IMG/VR virus record: IMGVR_UViG_3300012943_000055
Location: 1-26,712 of that record
Length of the DNA stretch: 26,712 nt
Origin: a virus
Taxonomy: Duplodnaviria > Caudoviricetes
Reading direction: 5' to 3' (one strand)
Part shown: positions 16,721 through 25,303 of the stretch, one piece after another
Numbering within the stretch: the first letter of the stretch is position 1
Layout of the letters: every line of letters starts with the position of its first letter
Notes under the pieces: generated by a model
What the model saw: the letters and a program-made list of their open reading frames with translations, nothing else
Told to the model about the DNA's origin: nothing
Database searches by the model: none
Made by a program: the position numbers and the translations under genes

Positions 16721-17101
16721 TTAGCCGTACACCGCGTCACCGACGCCGAGTTGCACGTACTGGACGACGCCGATGTTGCGGCCAACGGTCGCGGTGCCGG
16801 TCTGTGCGAGCGAGAAGGTGATCGTTCCACCTTGCGGGTAGAACTTCCCGGCGACCGCGGCGGTCTCGATGCCGGTCGACTTCACATCCACCGCACTGAC
16901 GAACGCGGTGGTTCCGTCGGTGATGGTGGCGGTGTTGGTCGTGCCATCGAACGCGGTCACGGTATGGGACTGCACGTCGACCACCAAGGCGCCCTGGGGC
17001 AGCTTGGCGGTGACTTCGTTGCCCGCACCGATGTTGCCGATGCCGAGGTCAGCGACGATTGCCAGCACTTTCTGGCGGTTGAAAGCATTTTTGACGGCCA
17101 T
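16721..17101 (-). CDS. Capsid decoration/cement protein, 126 aa
   Basis: Strong SD AAAGGAGG, directly after MCP. Small, Thr/Gly/Val-rich, LPQGALVV...VTAFDG pattern. Confidence 0.7.
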   Translation of the reverse strand: MAVKNAFNRQKVLAIVADLGIGNIGAGNEVTAKLPQGALVVDVQSHTVTAFDGTTNTATITDGTTAFVSAVDVKSTGIETAAVAGKFYPQGGTITFSLAQTGTATVGRNIGVVQYVQLGVGDAVYG

Positions 17102-17142
17102 GAGATTGCCCTCCTTTGGGCGCGTGATGAGTCACGGCGGAA

Positions 17143-17164
17143 CCGCCGCCCCGAAGGGCGACGG
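17143..17164 (-). promoter_or_regulatory. cUUCGg-tetraloop hairpin between the MCP and decoration genes (mRNA stabiliser or weak terminator)
   Basis: Minus strand CCGTCGCCC-TTCG-GGGCGGCGG (9 bp including one G-U), without a real U tract. Confidence 0.6.
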
Positions 17165-17184
17165 CGCAACCGTTTGCGGGTGGC

Positions 17185-18303
17185 TTACAGGGCGAAGTCC
17201 ACGGCGCAGAGGCCGTAATCTTCGACAGTGCCGGTGTAGCTGTCCTTGAACTTGGGCTTGATCCAGCCACCCATCTTGTTGATGGACAGCGCCCAACGGT
17301 TGCGGAAGTCGCGGAAGTCCTCTTCCCAGCCAACCGGGCCGAGATCGACCATGCCCAACGCCTGCGTGCCCAGCAGCAACGACCGGGTGCCGTTGACCAG
17401 GCCACCGGAACCCCACTTCGAGCCCGATGCCGCGCCGCCCGTGTTGAACACGCGCAGGTACGGCTTGATGATGATGTTGTTCATCGTCACCTTGGAGCCC
17501 TTGAAGATCGGGTTGTTGCCACCGCGCATTTCGCCGTTCACGACGATGGAGCGGAACTCCGCGTCCTGCCAGAGCTTCGCCATCGAGTCGGTGTGGATCA
17601 GCCACACGAAATACTCTTCACCACCCACGCGCAGCGGGGTCAGGCGCTTGCGGCGCGCCAGAGCCTCGAGTTGCGGGAGCATGCTGTACTCCGGCTTGTC
17701 ACCAACGACCACATTGCCCGTGTTGCCGGCGATGAAGGTGTCGGTGGTGCTGTCCCAACGGACGTGACGGTTGGCGGAAGGAGCGGTCACGTCAGCGGCG
17801 TAGGCAAGATCCGTCCACGGGTCTTGGCCAGCCGGGGTCACGCGCGGCGAACCATCGACGTTGAAGCCGTAGCCGATGCCCGATGCGGTGAGGATCGCCT
17901 GATCTTCCATGGTCTCGGCCAACCAGCGCGCGTTCTTCTTGCGGAAGTTCTTGCGGGTGTTGATGACCGACTTCTGCTCGGCGGTGTTGCCCTTGGTGAC
18001 GAAGCCGTTGCGCATCTGATCGAACTGCGCACGAATCCAGGACGCCTCGAGCTCGCGCTCGCGGCCTTCCATTTGGTTGTCACCCACCACACCGCCACCA
18101 TGGATGTCGGAAATCAGGTGCATCCACGCACCCGACTCGCCCTTGCTGTTCTTGGTGAGCTCGGTGATGTGGTCGATGACGGCAGCGTCACCCTGGCCGA
18201 GCATGCCGGTGAAATAGAACTGCTCGATGTACTCGTCGTAGGTTTTGTGGCCCCAGGCGTCCTTGTTGTAGGGCTGCTGGGCGTGAAAGTCTGTTCCAGA
18301 CAT
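17185..18303 (-). CDS. Major capsid protein, N4-gp56/DUF4043-like, 372 aa
   Basis: GGAGG SD. ITELTK..KGE, GVVGDNQMEGRE, DQMRN, NNPIFKG and RSLLLGTQAL motifs. Position after scaffold. Confidence 0.9.
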   Translation of the reverse strand: MSGTDFHAQQPYNKDAWGHKTYDEYIEQFYFTGMLGQGDAAVIDHITELTKNSKGESGAWMHLISDIHGGGVVGDNQMEGRERELEASWIRAQFDQMRNGFVTKGNTAEQKSVINTRKNFRKKNARWLAETMEDQAILTASGIGYGFNVDGSPRVTPAGQDPWTDLAYAADVTAPSANRHVRWDSTTDTFIAGNTGNVVVGDKPEYSMLPQLEALARRKRLTPLRVGGEEYFVWLIHTDSMAKLWQDAEFRSIVVNGEMRGGNNPIFKGSKVTMNNIIIKPYLRVFNTGGAASGSKWGSGGLVNGTRSLLLGTQALGMVDLGPVGWEEDFRDFRNRWALSINKMGGWIKPKFKDSYTGTVEDYGLCAVDFAL

Positions 18304-18512
18304 GGCAATGCCTCCGAAAAAAATGGGGAAAAAGGTCGGGTTGGGTTTTCGACCTGATCGCCGGTCGGCGCGGAACCATTGCGATGACGTTGCAAAGCGA
18401 CGGGCTTGTCCTAAGCCGAGGTCACGCCTTTGCGCTGGGCGTGTGCAGCGGAACCGCTGTACTCAGCGAGCGAGCCCTGCCGGAGCAAGGTCTTTCATGT
18501 GACACCTTACAT
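18304..18512 (-). promoter_or_regulatory. Structured 5' leader of the major capsid gene (candidate cis-regulatory RNA)
   Basis: Longest intergenic region in the window, with several short hairpins, two pairs of alternative stems, and U-rich tracts before the SD. Confidence 0.5.
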
Positions 18513-19472
18513 TCAAACGGCGCCTTCGCCCAGCAGCTTTTCCTGCTCGGCCTTCGACTGCTTGGAGAACTCACCGGGCTTGAGGGTGGACAGATCGATC
18601 TTGCCGGTCGGTGCGCCTCGGGCACCAACACCGCCGGTGATTTGACCGGGCTGTGCCGATGCGGAACTGGCGGCGCGCGCGTCGGTAGCGTTACGTGTGG
18701 CGTGTGGCGTGGCCTGGGCCTGCTTGCCGGTTTCGGTGCGGGCGCCCTGCCAATTGAAAGCCTCGTAGGCTTGCGCTTCGACCTTGGCCAGCAATTCGGT
18801 GTCGCTCAACGACCCGTCCTTGCCAATTTCGTCGATCAGCGCGGCCACGGCGTTGTAGCGGATGGCGTTGCCAAGGAACTCGGCATTGGCCTCGCGCCAT
18901 GCGGTCACGGTCGTCTGCCAGCTTTGGTTCGCCTTCTCCGACTCGATGCGCGCCTGCTCTTGCCTGGCCGTCTGGACGGCCTCGAGCTTGCTCAACTCGC
19001 GGTTGGTGGCGTTGTACGCCTTGAGCGCCTTGGCCTGCTCGGCATGGAACTCGGTGAAGGAAATGTCGGTTGCCTCGTACTGCTCCAAGAGCTCGGCATT
19101 GCGGGCGTCGTAGACGGCCTCGGCGGCGGCGAACTCTTCTGCAACATTGCGCGTCGGCTCGGCGGCAGCGGCAGCGGCAGCCGCTTCCTGGGCGGCCAGC
19201 TTGGCCTCGGCATCCTTCGCGCGGCCCAGCATTTCGTTGAATCGCGCCTTGGGGATCATGTCGGCGCTGTCATCGTCGCCTGCATCGCCCGCGGCCACGG
19301 TCTCGCCCGTGTCGGTCTTGGCGCCAGCGTCGTCACCCGCGTCGTTGGTGTCGGCCTCGAGGCTGCGTGATGGGGCGTCGTCCTCATCGAACGCGCTCGG
19401 GTCGGACGCGATCAATGCGGCCTTCTCTTCATCGGTCATGGTGGACGGGTGCGGCTGGTTTTCTGCGTTCAT
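18513..19472 (-). CDS. Capsid scaffolding protein, ~319 aa
   Basis: Between portal and MCP. Acidic N-terminus, MIPKARFNE motif, coiled coil, and short C-terminal helix. Alternative GTG start at 19484. Confidence 0.8.
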   Translation of the reverse strand: MNAENQPHPSTMTDEEKAALIASDPSAFDEDDAPSRSLEADTNDAGDDAGAKTDTGETVAAGDAGDDDSADMIPKARFNEMLGRAKDAEAKLAAQEAAAAAAAAEPTRNVAEEFAAAEAVYDARNAELLEQYEATDISFTEFHAEQAKALKAYNATNRELSKLEAVQTARQEQARIESEKANQSWQTTVTAWREANAEFLGNAIRYNAVAALIDEIGKDGSLSDTELLAKVEAQAYEAFNWQGARTETGKQAQATPHATRNATDARAASSASAQPGQITGGVGARGAPTGKIDLSTLKPGEFSKQSKAEQEKLLGEGAV

Positions 19473-19480
19473 CGGTGCTC

Positions 19481-21589
19481 TCACTGGACAGGTTGGGTGG
19501 GGCCGTCAGACAGCCCGCGTGTAATCCCTTGCTCCGGGTTGGCCGGATCGAGGGGGTGTGTGTTTTGCGGAATGACGCCTTCCTGGGCGGGGATCTCCAA
19601 GCCTGGGGGCGCCTCGGGGATGATCGGCGCGGCGTCCTTGTCCACGAAGCCACCGCTTCGCAGCAGGGCATCGGCCAATGCGGCAGCCTCGGGCGTGACC
19701 ACGATGGCCTGGGCGGTCTGGATCGCGCTGTACTGCGACTCGATGCTCTTGGCCACGGCTTCGTTGTCGGCCTTGCGGGTCTGCGCGGCCAGCAATGCGG
19801 CTTCGGCCTCGATGCGGGGGTCGACTTGCCCCTCCTGCTCCTGCATAGCCTCGGCAATGTCGCTCTTGTCGGACAGGGTGGAGGCGCGCACAACGGTCGC
19901 GTCGGGGATGGCGATGCCCATTTCCCCGCGCATGGCCTTCATCTGCTCGAACTCGCTGCTGTCGAACGTGACCGCGGCGGGCTTCTCGGTAATCACCATG
20001 TCGTACTCGCCAATGGTGAGGTCGTTGAAGATCGAGCCGTCCTCCATGCGCACGTTGATGGGCAATTCTTTCTGGCGCTCGACGCCGTACTTGTCGATCT
20101 CGGTGATGCGGAGCACGCGCTCGTCGCCCATGAAGCGTTGGGCCAGCCCCAGCGCGCGGTCAGCGACCATGTGCCGGGTGCGGCTCAAGTTGTCCAGGGC
20201 AATCGCCAGCTTTTGCTGCGAGGCGTACTGCAAGGCCTTCACCGCCACGCCGGACAGGTCATTCTTCTCGGGCTCGCGCAGGTTCTTGTCCACGCCTGAC
20301 ACGATGTTCAGGTGGTCGTGGCTCCACTGGATCATCTTGTCGATGCCATTGGGCACCTGTCCGGGCTCGATCTTCTGGAACGGCGCCGTGCCCGGCTTGC
20401 GCAGCAGCACCAGGCCGTTCTCCGCGCCTCGCTCGATGAACTCCGAGTCGGGCATGTTGGACAGGCTGTTGGCCTCGCCCTGCCAGCCGGAGTTGGCCGC
20501 CGTGTTGACGGCATGCTCGTACTGGCTCACGAACTTGTTGAGCATGTCGCTCGGGCTGACCATGTTATCGATCAAGCCGATGGTCTTGCCGCGCCTGAAG
20601 TACGGGAAATACGGGATCACGGTGAAGTGGTCGTAAGGCGAAAGCTCGTTGTGGAAGCACACTTCCGGGGCACAGACCTCCCAGCGCACGCGACGAATCC
20701 GCCGCTTGAGCACCTGCACGCCCTGATCGATCAGCCACGCCAGCTTGTTCGGCTCGTAGCCTTCGACGTTGCGGAAGTCGCCGGTCGGATACATGGCCAC
20801 CAGGGTGTTGGCGTACTCATGGGACTGGCGATCGATCACGCGATAGCGGCGTTCCTCGGCCCGGTCGGCATACCAGCCCCAGCCGTTCGCGTAGCTCGAT
20901 GGCATGCCGAAGCCGCGGCGCTGGATCTCCGTGTCTCCGAAGTTCATGTCGCAATAGCCCTTGGAGTTTTCGACCACCGCGTCAGCCGCTTCCTTGCTGT
21001 AGATGCCCTCAATGTCGCGCGCCGTCAGGAAGCGCGTGATCTGGACGTCCGACCAACCATCGGGGTTGTAGGACTTGGCATCCGGGTCGGGCAGCACGTC
21101 GACCGGATCAAGGTCGGTGACGCAGATGTTGCCCTTGGTCGTGGTGTTGTAATCCATCCGCATGTCGAGATAGCCGCGCTGCTGAATCAGGCCGTCGAGG
21201 AACACGTCGGTCTCGGCATAGCGGTACATGGTGAGATCCAGCGCGTGCCGGATGACCTTCGATGCGACCTTGGCCGTCTGCTCGTCGGCGCCACGCCCGC
21301 GCGGCAGGTAGGCAATGTCCACGCGGTTGTTGATCTGATAGCCCGCCGCCGCGTTGACGGTCGGCAGGATGGTGTTGATCTCGCGTGCTGGGCGGCCTTC
21401 ACATTCGATGGCCGCGCGGTCGGCATGGCGCCAATGGCCTTGCATGCCCGGCAGGCCGCCACCGCACAGGTAGTATTCCTCGAGCCGTGTCGCGCGCTGG
21501 ATATAGCAGTCGTGACCTCGCCCGTAAACCTCGAGATACCGCCAGAACACGTCGCGGGCCACGTCGCGGTTGTTGTTGGTGTCGGTCAT
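19481..21589 (-). CDS. Portal protein, P22-like, 702 aa
   Basis: EGRPAREINTILPTVN...GYQINNR, DPDAKSY..DGW, IPYFPY, SGVA, NDLTIGEYD. Follows terL. Confidence 0.9.
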   Translation of the reverse strand: MTDTNNNRDVARDVFWRYLEVYGRGHDCYIQRATRLEEYYLCGGGLPGMQGHWRHADRAAIECEGRPAREINTILPTVNAAAGYQINNRVDIAYLPRGRGADEQTAKVASKVIRHALDLTMYRYAETDVFLDGLIQQRGYLDMRMDYNTTTKGNICVTDLDPVDVLPDPDAKSYNPDGWSDVQITRFLTARDIEGIYSKEAADAVVENSKGYCDMNFGDTEIQRRGFGMPSSYANGWGWYADRAEERRYRVIDRQSHEYANTLVAMYPTGDFRNVEGYEPNKLAWLIDQGVQVLKRRIRRVRWEVCAPEVCFHNELSPYDHFTVIPYFPYFRRGKTIGLIDNMVSPSDMLNKFVSQYEHAVNTAANSGWQGEANSLSNMPDSEFIERGAENGLVLLRKPGTAPFQKIEPGQVPNGIDKMIQWSHDHLNIVSGVDKNLREPEKNDLSGVAVKALQYASQQKLAIALDNLSRTRHMVADRALGLAQRFMGDERVLRITEIDKYGVERQKELPINVRMEDGSIFNDLTIGEYDMVITEKPAAVTFDSSEFEQMKAMRGEMGIAIPDATVVRASTLSDKSDIAEAMQEQEGQVDPRIEAEAALLAAQTRKADNEAVAKSIESQYSAIQTAQAIVVTPEAAALADALLRSGGFVDKDAAPIIPEAPPGLEIPAQEGVIPQNTHPLDPANPEQGITRGLSDGPTQPVQ

Positions 21590-21599
21590 GGGATCTCTG

Positions 21600-23072
21600 T
21601 CAGGAAGTCATGGGGTTGCGGGGCTTGGAGCCGTGGTGCAGGCGCAATTTCTTCTTCCACTCCGGCTCGGCAGCGGCAATGTGGACGATGGCCTTGTCAT
21701 AGCCTTGGGCGAACTGGCGGAAGGCATCGGCGTAGTTCGAGTGCGTGTCATGCACGGGGATGTTGGTGAACGCCCCCTCCACGGTGCTGTACTTCTTGCG
21801 GTACGCAGCCAGGCTCGCCAGGCCGTCGGCGCAGCCATCGGGCGTGTCATCGATGAAGCACGAGGACATGGCAGCGCGCGCTTGCTGGATGCCGTTGAGC
21901 ACCTTGTCGATGCGCGGCACGACCTGGAAGTCTTGGCCGGGCCACAAGGCGCGAAGCTGTCGCAGGCCGGTCTCGCCGCCGCTGCCCATGGTGGCGTGCA
22001 TGGCGTCGTGCGGAACGTAGTGCGTGCCCCACACGTAGCCGCGCTCCGCTGACAACTGTTGCAGGTACGCGACATAGTGGGCGTATTGCTCCCCACTGTT
22101 CTGATAGGCGTGGATAAAGCGGTTCTGAAAGCCCGCCGCCTGATGGCACCACAGCGACGTGTTGTCATTCCAGCCAATGTCCCAAAACGTGTTGACCGGC
22201 ACACCGGCCTCGTGCGGGATGCGACCCACGCGCCCCTCGGCGCGCATGCGCTGGATCTCCTTGAAGTAGTACGCGCCCTCGACCTGATTGCCCGACCACA
22301 AGCCCTTGAGCAAGGCGTCGCGCACGTCCGGGGACAGCAGCGCCAACCGTTCGCGGTAGCCGGTGCCACGCAGGAACGGGTTGTCTGACAGCTTGGCCGG
22401 GATGAAGGTGCGCGCGATGGTGGACATTTCCATCCGCCAACCACCATTGCCGTCGGGCAACTCCCTTTCCACCGGCACCAGGATGCGGCTCGGCCCGCCA
22501 TCCTCCTGAATCCCCCAGCGCTCCATCACCCACTTCTGGCCAACACCGTCCGGGTTGGTCGTGGCGCGCATTTCGCACGGCAAGTCACGCGCAACGGAGC
22601 GGTTGCGGGTGCTTAGGTACTCGTAGCAGACCGGCGTGGCCCACAGGGTCAGTTCGTCGAAGCCGATCTTGTTCCATGCACGACCGCGGTATTTGAAGCG
22701 GTCGTTGTCGTTGCTCAAATAGCCGAACTCGAACTTCGCCCCCATGGGCGTCGTCCAGATGTGCTCGTTCTTGTCGTACCGGATGCCGCTGATGAACTTC
22801 GGGAACAGGTCGTGCGATCGATCGATCAGATCCTTGAGCTCGGGGTAGCTGCGGCGGAAGCAGATCGCCCGGTGCTGGGGGTGCTCCGGCCCACCGGCTT
22901 GCAGCGCCCACAGGTCGATCAGCAAGGCATCGGACTTGCCGCCGCCTGCCGCGCCGCCGTACAGGACTTCGTAGTCGTCGCAGGACAGGAAATCGGCTTG
23001 CCGCGGTGTCGCCTCCCACACCGTTCCCTGGCCTTCCTCGAACGTATCGAAGGCCGGGGCGGTTTGGAGCAT
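21600..23072 (-). CDS. terL: Terminase large subunit, ~490 aa
   Basis: Walker A YGGAAGGGKS, Walker B IGFDE, coupling motif ATTNP, nuclease WDIGWND...HSNYADAFR. Start refined to ATG 23072 just after the terS stop. Confidence 0.95.
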   Translation of the reverse strand: MLQTAPAFDTFEEGQGTVWEATPRQADFLSCDDYEVLYGGAAGGGKSDALLIDLWALQAGGPEHPQHRAICFRRSYPELKDLIDRSHDLFPKFISGIRYDKNEHIWTTPMGAKFEFGYLSNDNDRFKYRGRAWNKIGFDELTLWATPVCYEYLSTRNRSVARDLPCEMRATTNPDGVGQKWVMERWGIQEDGGPSRILVPVERELPDGNGGWRMEMSTIARTFIPAKLSDNPFLRGTGYRERLALLSPDVRDALLKGLWSGNQVEGAYYFKEIQRMRAEGRVGRIPHEAGVPVNTFWDIGWNDNTSLWCHQAAGFQNRFIHAYQNSGEQYAHYVAYLQQLSAERGYVWGTHYVPHDAMHATMGSGGETGLRQLRALWPGQDFQVVPRIDKVLNGIQQARAAMSSCFIDDTPDGCADGLASLAAYRKKYSTVEGAFTNIPVHDTHSNYADAFRQFAQGYDKAIVHIAAAEPEWKKKLRLHHGSKPRNPMTS

Positions 23073-23079
23073 GGTCACG

Positions 23080-23805
23080 TCAGTCCTTCGTGACCCGGAA
23101 CGTCTTGCCGGCTGGTCGCGCACCATCCACGCGCTGCGGGCTACCGAGCGTCCCCTCGATGGCCTCGCGCTGCGGGTGCCTGTACTGCCCCTTCTCCGGC
23201 ACCACCACCACGCCCACGATCATGGCCGAGGGTGCCTGCTGTTTCTTCTCGGGGAAGGCGCTCAACAACTTGAGGGCGGTATCGATGGCCGCGAGCTTGT
23301 TCCACAGGTTGACCTTGATGCCCTTGTCGCTGACCTCGAAGCCAGAGATCGCCCGCGCCGTGCCTTCGTCCATGTCCTCGAGGTCGAGCAGGCCGCCCTT
23401 CTCGCTCCGCAGCTTGCGCGGGTCGCTGTAGGCGATGCACTCGAGCTCTTGCTTGAGCCGTTCGATGGTGAGCAGGCTGCTGCCGATCACCTTCTGCATG
23501 CACCAGTCGACAATCGCCGCCACGTGCGGCTCCTTCGCCATGTCATGCGCCTTGGCGTTGGCCGTCGCAGCGGTGTAGCCGGCGACCCGTGCCGCATCGG
23601 CCTTGCTCTTGGCGGTCGGCAACTCCAGGGCGAACACCCGTTGCTTCCCGTTGAGCGCCTTGTACGCGGCAAGGATCTCGGGCGGTGCATCGGCCAACCG
23701 CTCGGGGATCACGACGGGAACCCGCTTCCTCGCCCGCTCGTTGGCCTTGCGCTTCCTCGCTTGCTTGGTGACTTTCGCCACCTTCTTTGTGGGCACGCCA
23801 GCCAT
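23080..23805 (-). CDS. terS: Terminase small subunit, 241 aa
   Basis: LNGKQRVF...AARVAGY...A HTH, ELECIAYSDPRKL, and IKVNLWNKLAAID. Directly upstream of terL. Confidence 0.9.
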   Translation of the reverse strand: MAGVPTKKVAKVTKQARKRKANERARKRVPVVIPERLADAPPEILAAYKALNGKQRVFALELPTAKSKADAARVAGYTAATANAKAHDMAKEPHVAAIVDWCMQKVIGSSLLTIERLKQELECIAYSDPRKLRSEKGGLLDLEDMDEGTARAISGFEVSDKGIKVNLWNKLAAIDTALKLLSAFPEKKQQAPSAMIVGVVVVPEKGQYRHPQREAIEGTLGSPQRVDGARPAGKTFRVTKD

Positions 23806-23807
23806 GG

Positions 23808-25289
23808 TCAGACCGCCGGCACCTCGACGATGTACGAATCACCTTCGCTCGTCGTGTCCATGGTCGAGGCGAAGATGACCTTGGACAGGTCGAGGTTCAC
23901 GCTGGCCTGCGGCTCGTTGAAGTAATCCCACTTGGTCGTGTGGATATGGCACAGGTTGAGCTTGGCGCCGCCAGGCTTGAGCTCGGCCAGGAACACCTTG
24001 CGGTACGGCGGTTGCAACACCGTGGCCGGGTTGATGTTGCCGTAGTTCATGTAGTCGGCATACGTCGAGACCACCACCCAGCCCGGACGATTGAACGCCT
24101 TGCCGCTCACGTGGCCGGCATAGGCCGCATGGTCGGGGTAGTACAGCGGGAGAATGTCGAAGGACGCCAGCGTGTCCATGTCGACGCACCGGATCGCGGC
24201 GTTGTCGTCCGAATAATCGAAATAGACGTAATAGTCCTGCCCATCCGGGCCAAGGCACAGGTCGGAGTGCTGCGACTGCGGTGCCAGTACACGGCTGGCC
24301 GACCACTGGAAGTCAGCCACCGGGATGGCGCGGGTGCCATGGGTGGGCAGGTAGGCCCAGCTTGGCACCACGTACTTGCCGCTGGCGCTCACGCTGATGT
24401 GGTCAGGCCGTTGGTTGCCGAACTTCCCTGCATCGATGGTGCCCACCACCGTCTTTGTGGTCAGGTCGATCAGTACCAGGCCCAGCGTCGCCCAGGCGTT
24501 CGACTCGGCCATGAGCGCGAGATAGCGCCCGTTCTTGTCGCAGCAGCCCTCGCCCTTCGTCCAGAAGTGGGTGGCCGTCGGCCACGGGGTCTTGCCGGCG
24601 AGGTCGATCAGCAAGGTGCTGACGTCGGTGCGCACGTTCTTCGTCCACCACTTCGTTCCGCCGTTCTGGCTGGTGTAGATCAGCGTGTCGGGGTCGGTCG
24701 GGCTCCAAAGCGGCTCGCAGTCGCCAGCCAAGTCGGTGAGCTTGCGCAGCACGTTGTTGGTGGCGGTCTCGTAGCAGTACCAGTACCCGTTGCTGGACTG
24801 GCAGTTGTAGAGGCTGCCGTCGCTGTTGAAGGCCTGCCTGCGGCTGTATTCGTGGCGCATGCTGCTGCCGGTGCCATCACTGGCCTGCGATGCCCTGACC
24901 ATGGGCTGCCCGTAGCCCGGATCGACGAAGGGCACGCCCTTGGCCGGACGGGTGACGCTGGTGATGGCCTTGGTGTCGAGTGGCGTCAGCGTGGTCGGAA
25001 CGGGCTCCGGCTCCGGCTCCGGCTCCGGCTCGGGCTCGGGTTCGGGCTCCGGGTCAGGCGTCGGATCAGGGTCGGGCACAGGGCATGCCGGGTGATCGCT
25101 GTCCTCGAGGGTGACGGCCAGGTTGTACTCAATCGAGGTCGGGGGAAGGATGGTGTAGTCGCCCGGCCCGGCGTCCATGGCCGCCTCATAGGCCTCCTTC
25201 TCCTGGGAGTGCTGCGAGATCAACACGTCGCTGCCCTTGCGGAACAGCCTGAACTTGCCGTGGTACGTGATTTCCGCGTCGATCTTCAT
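23808..25289 (-). CDS. Beta-propeller protein with small N-terminal domain and (PE)n linker, 493 aa
   Basis: TolB/oligogalacturonate-lyase-like blade motifs (AFNSDGS, PLWSPTDPD, ISVSASGKY, EPQASVNLDLSKVIFAS). No signal peptide evident. Confidence 0.75.
   Translation of the reverse strand: MKIDAEITYHGKFRLFRKGSDVLISQHSQEKEAYEAAMDAGPGDYTILPPTSIEYNLAVTLEDSDHPACPVPDPDPTPDPEPEPEPEPEPEPEPEPVPTTLTPLDTKAITSVTRPAKGVPFVDPGYGQPMVRASQASDGTGSSMRHEYSRRQAFNSDGSLYNCQSSNGYWYCYETATNNVLRKLTDLAGDCEPLWSPTDPDTLIYTSQNGGTKWWTKNVRTDVSTLLIDLAGKTPWPTATHFWTKGEGCCDKNGRYLALMAESNAWATLGLVLIDLTTKTVVGTIDAGKFGNQRPDHISVSASGKYVVPSWAYLPTHGTRAIPVADFQWSASRVLAPQSQHSDLCLGPDGQDYYVYFDYSDDNAAIRCVDMDTLASFDILPLYYPDHAAYAGHVSGKAFNRPGWVVVSTYADYMNYGNINPATVLQPPYRKVFLAELKPGGAKLNLCHIHTTKWDYFNEPQASVNLDLSKVIFASTMDTTSEGDSYIVEVPAV
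25002..25076 (-). repeat. 6-bp tandem repeat encoding PDPDPTPDPEPEPEPEPEPEPEP
   Basis: (CGGCTC)n and variants read directly on the + strand. Confidence 0.9.
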
Positions 25290-25303
25290 GGAATGGTGTC
25301 CTG

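Noticed and set aside
17049-17605. Frameshifted or readthrough extension of MCP via overlapping ORFs
   Set aside because: No slippery sequence near the MCP TAA, and the decoration gene has its own strong SD.
18304-18512. tRNA or known riboswitch in the capsid leader
   Set aside because: No cloverleaf or T-loop, and no aptamer consensus I can recognise. Kept only as an unassigned structured leader.
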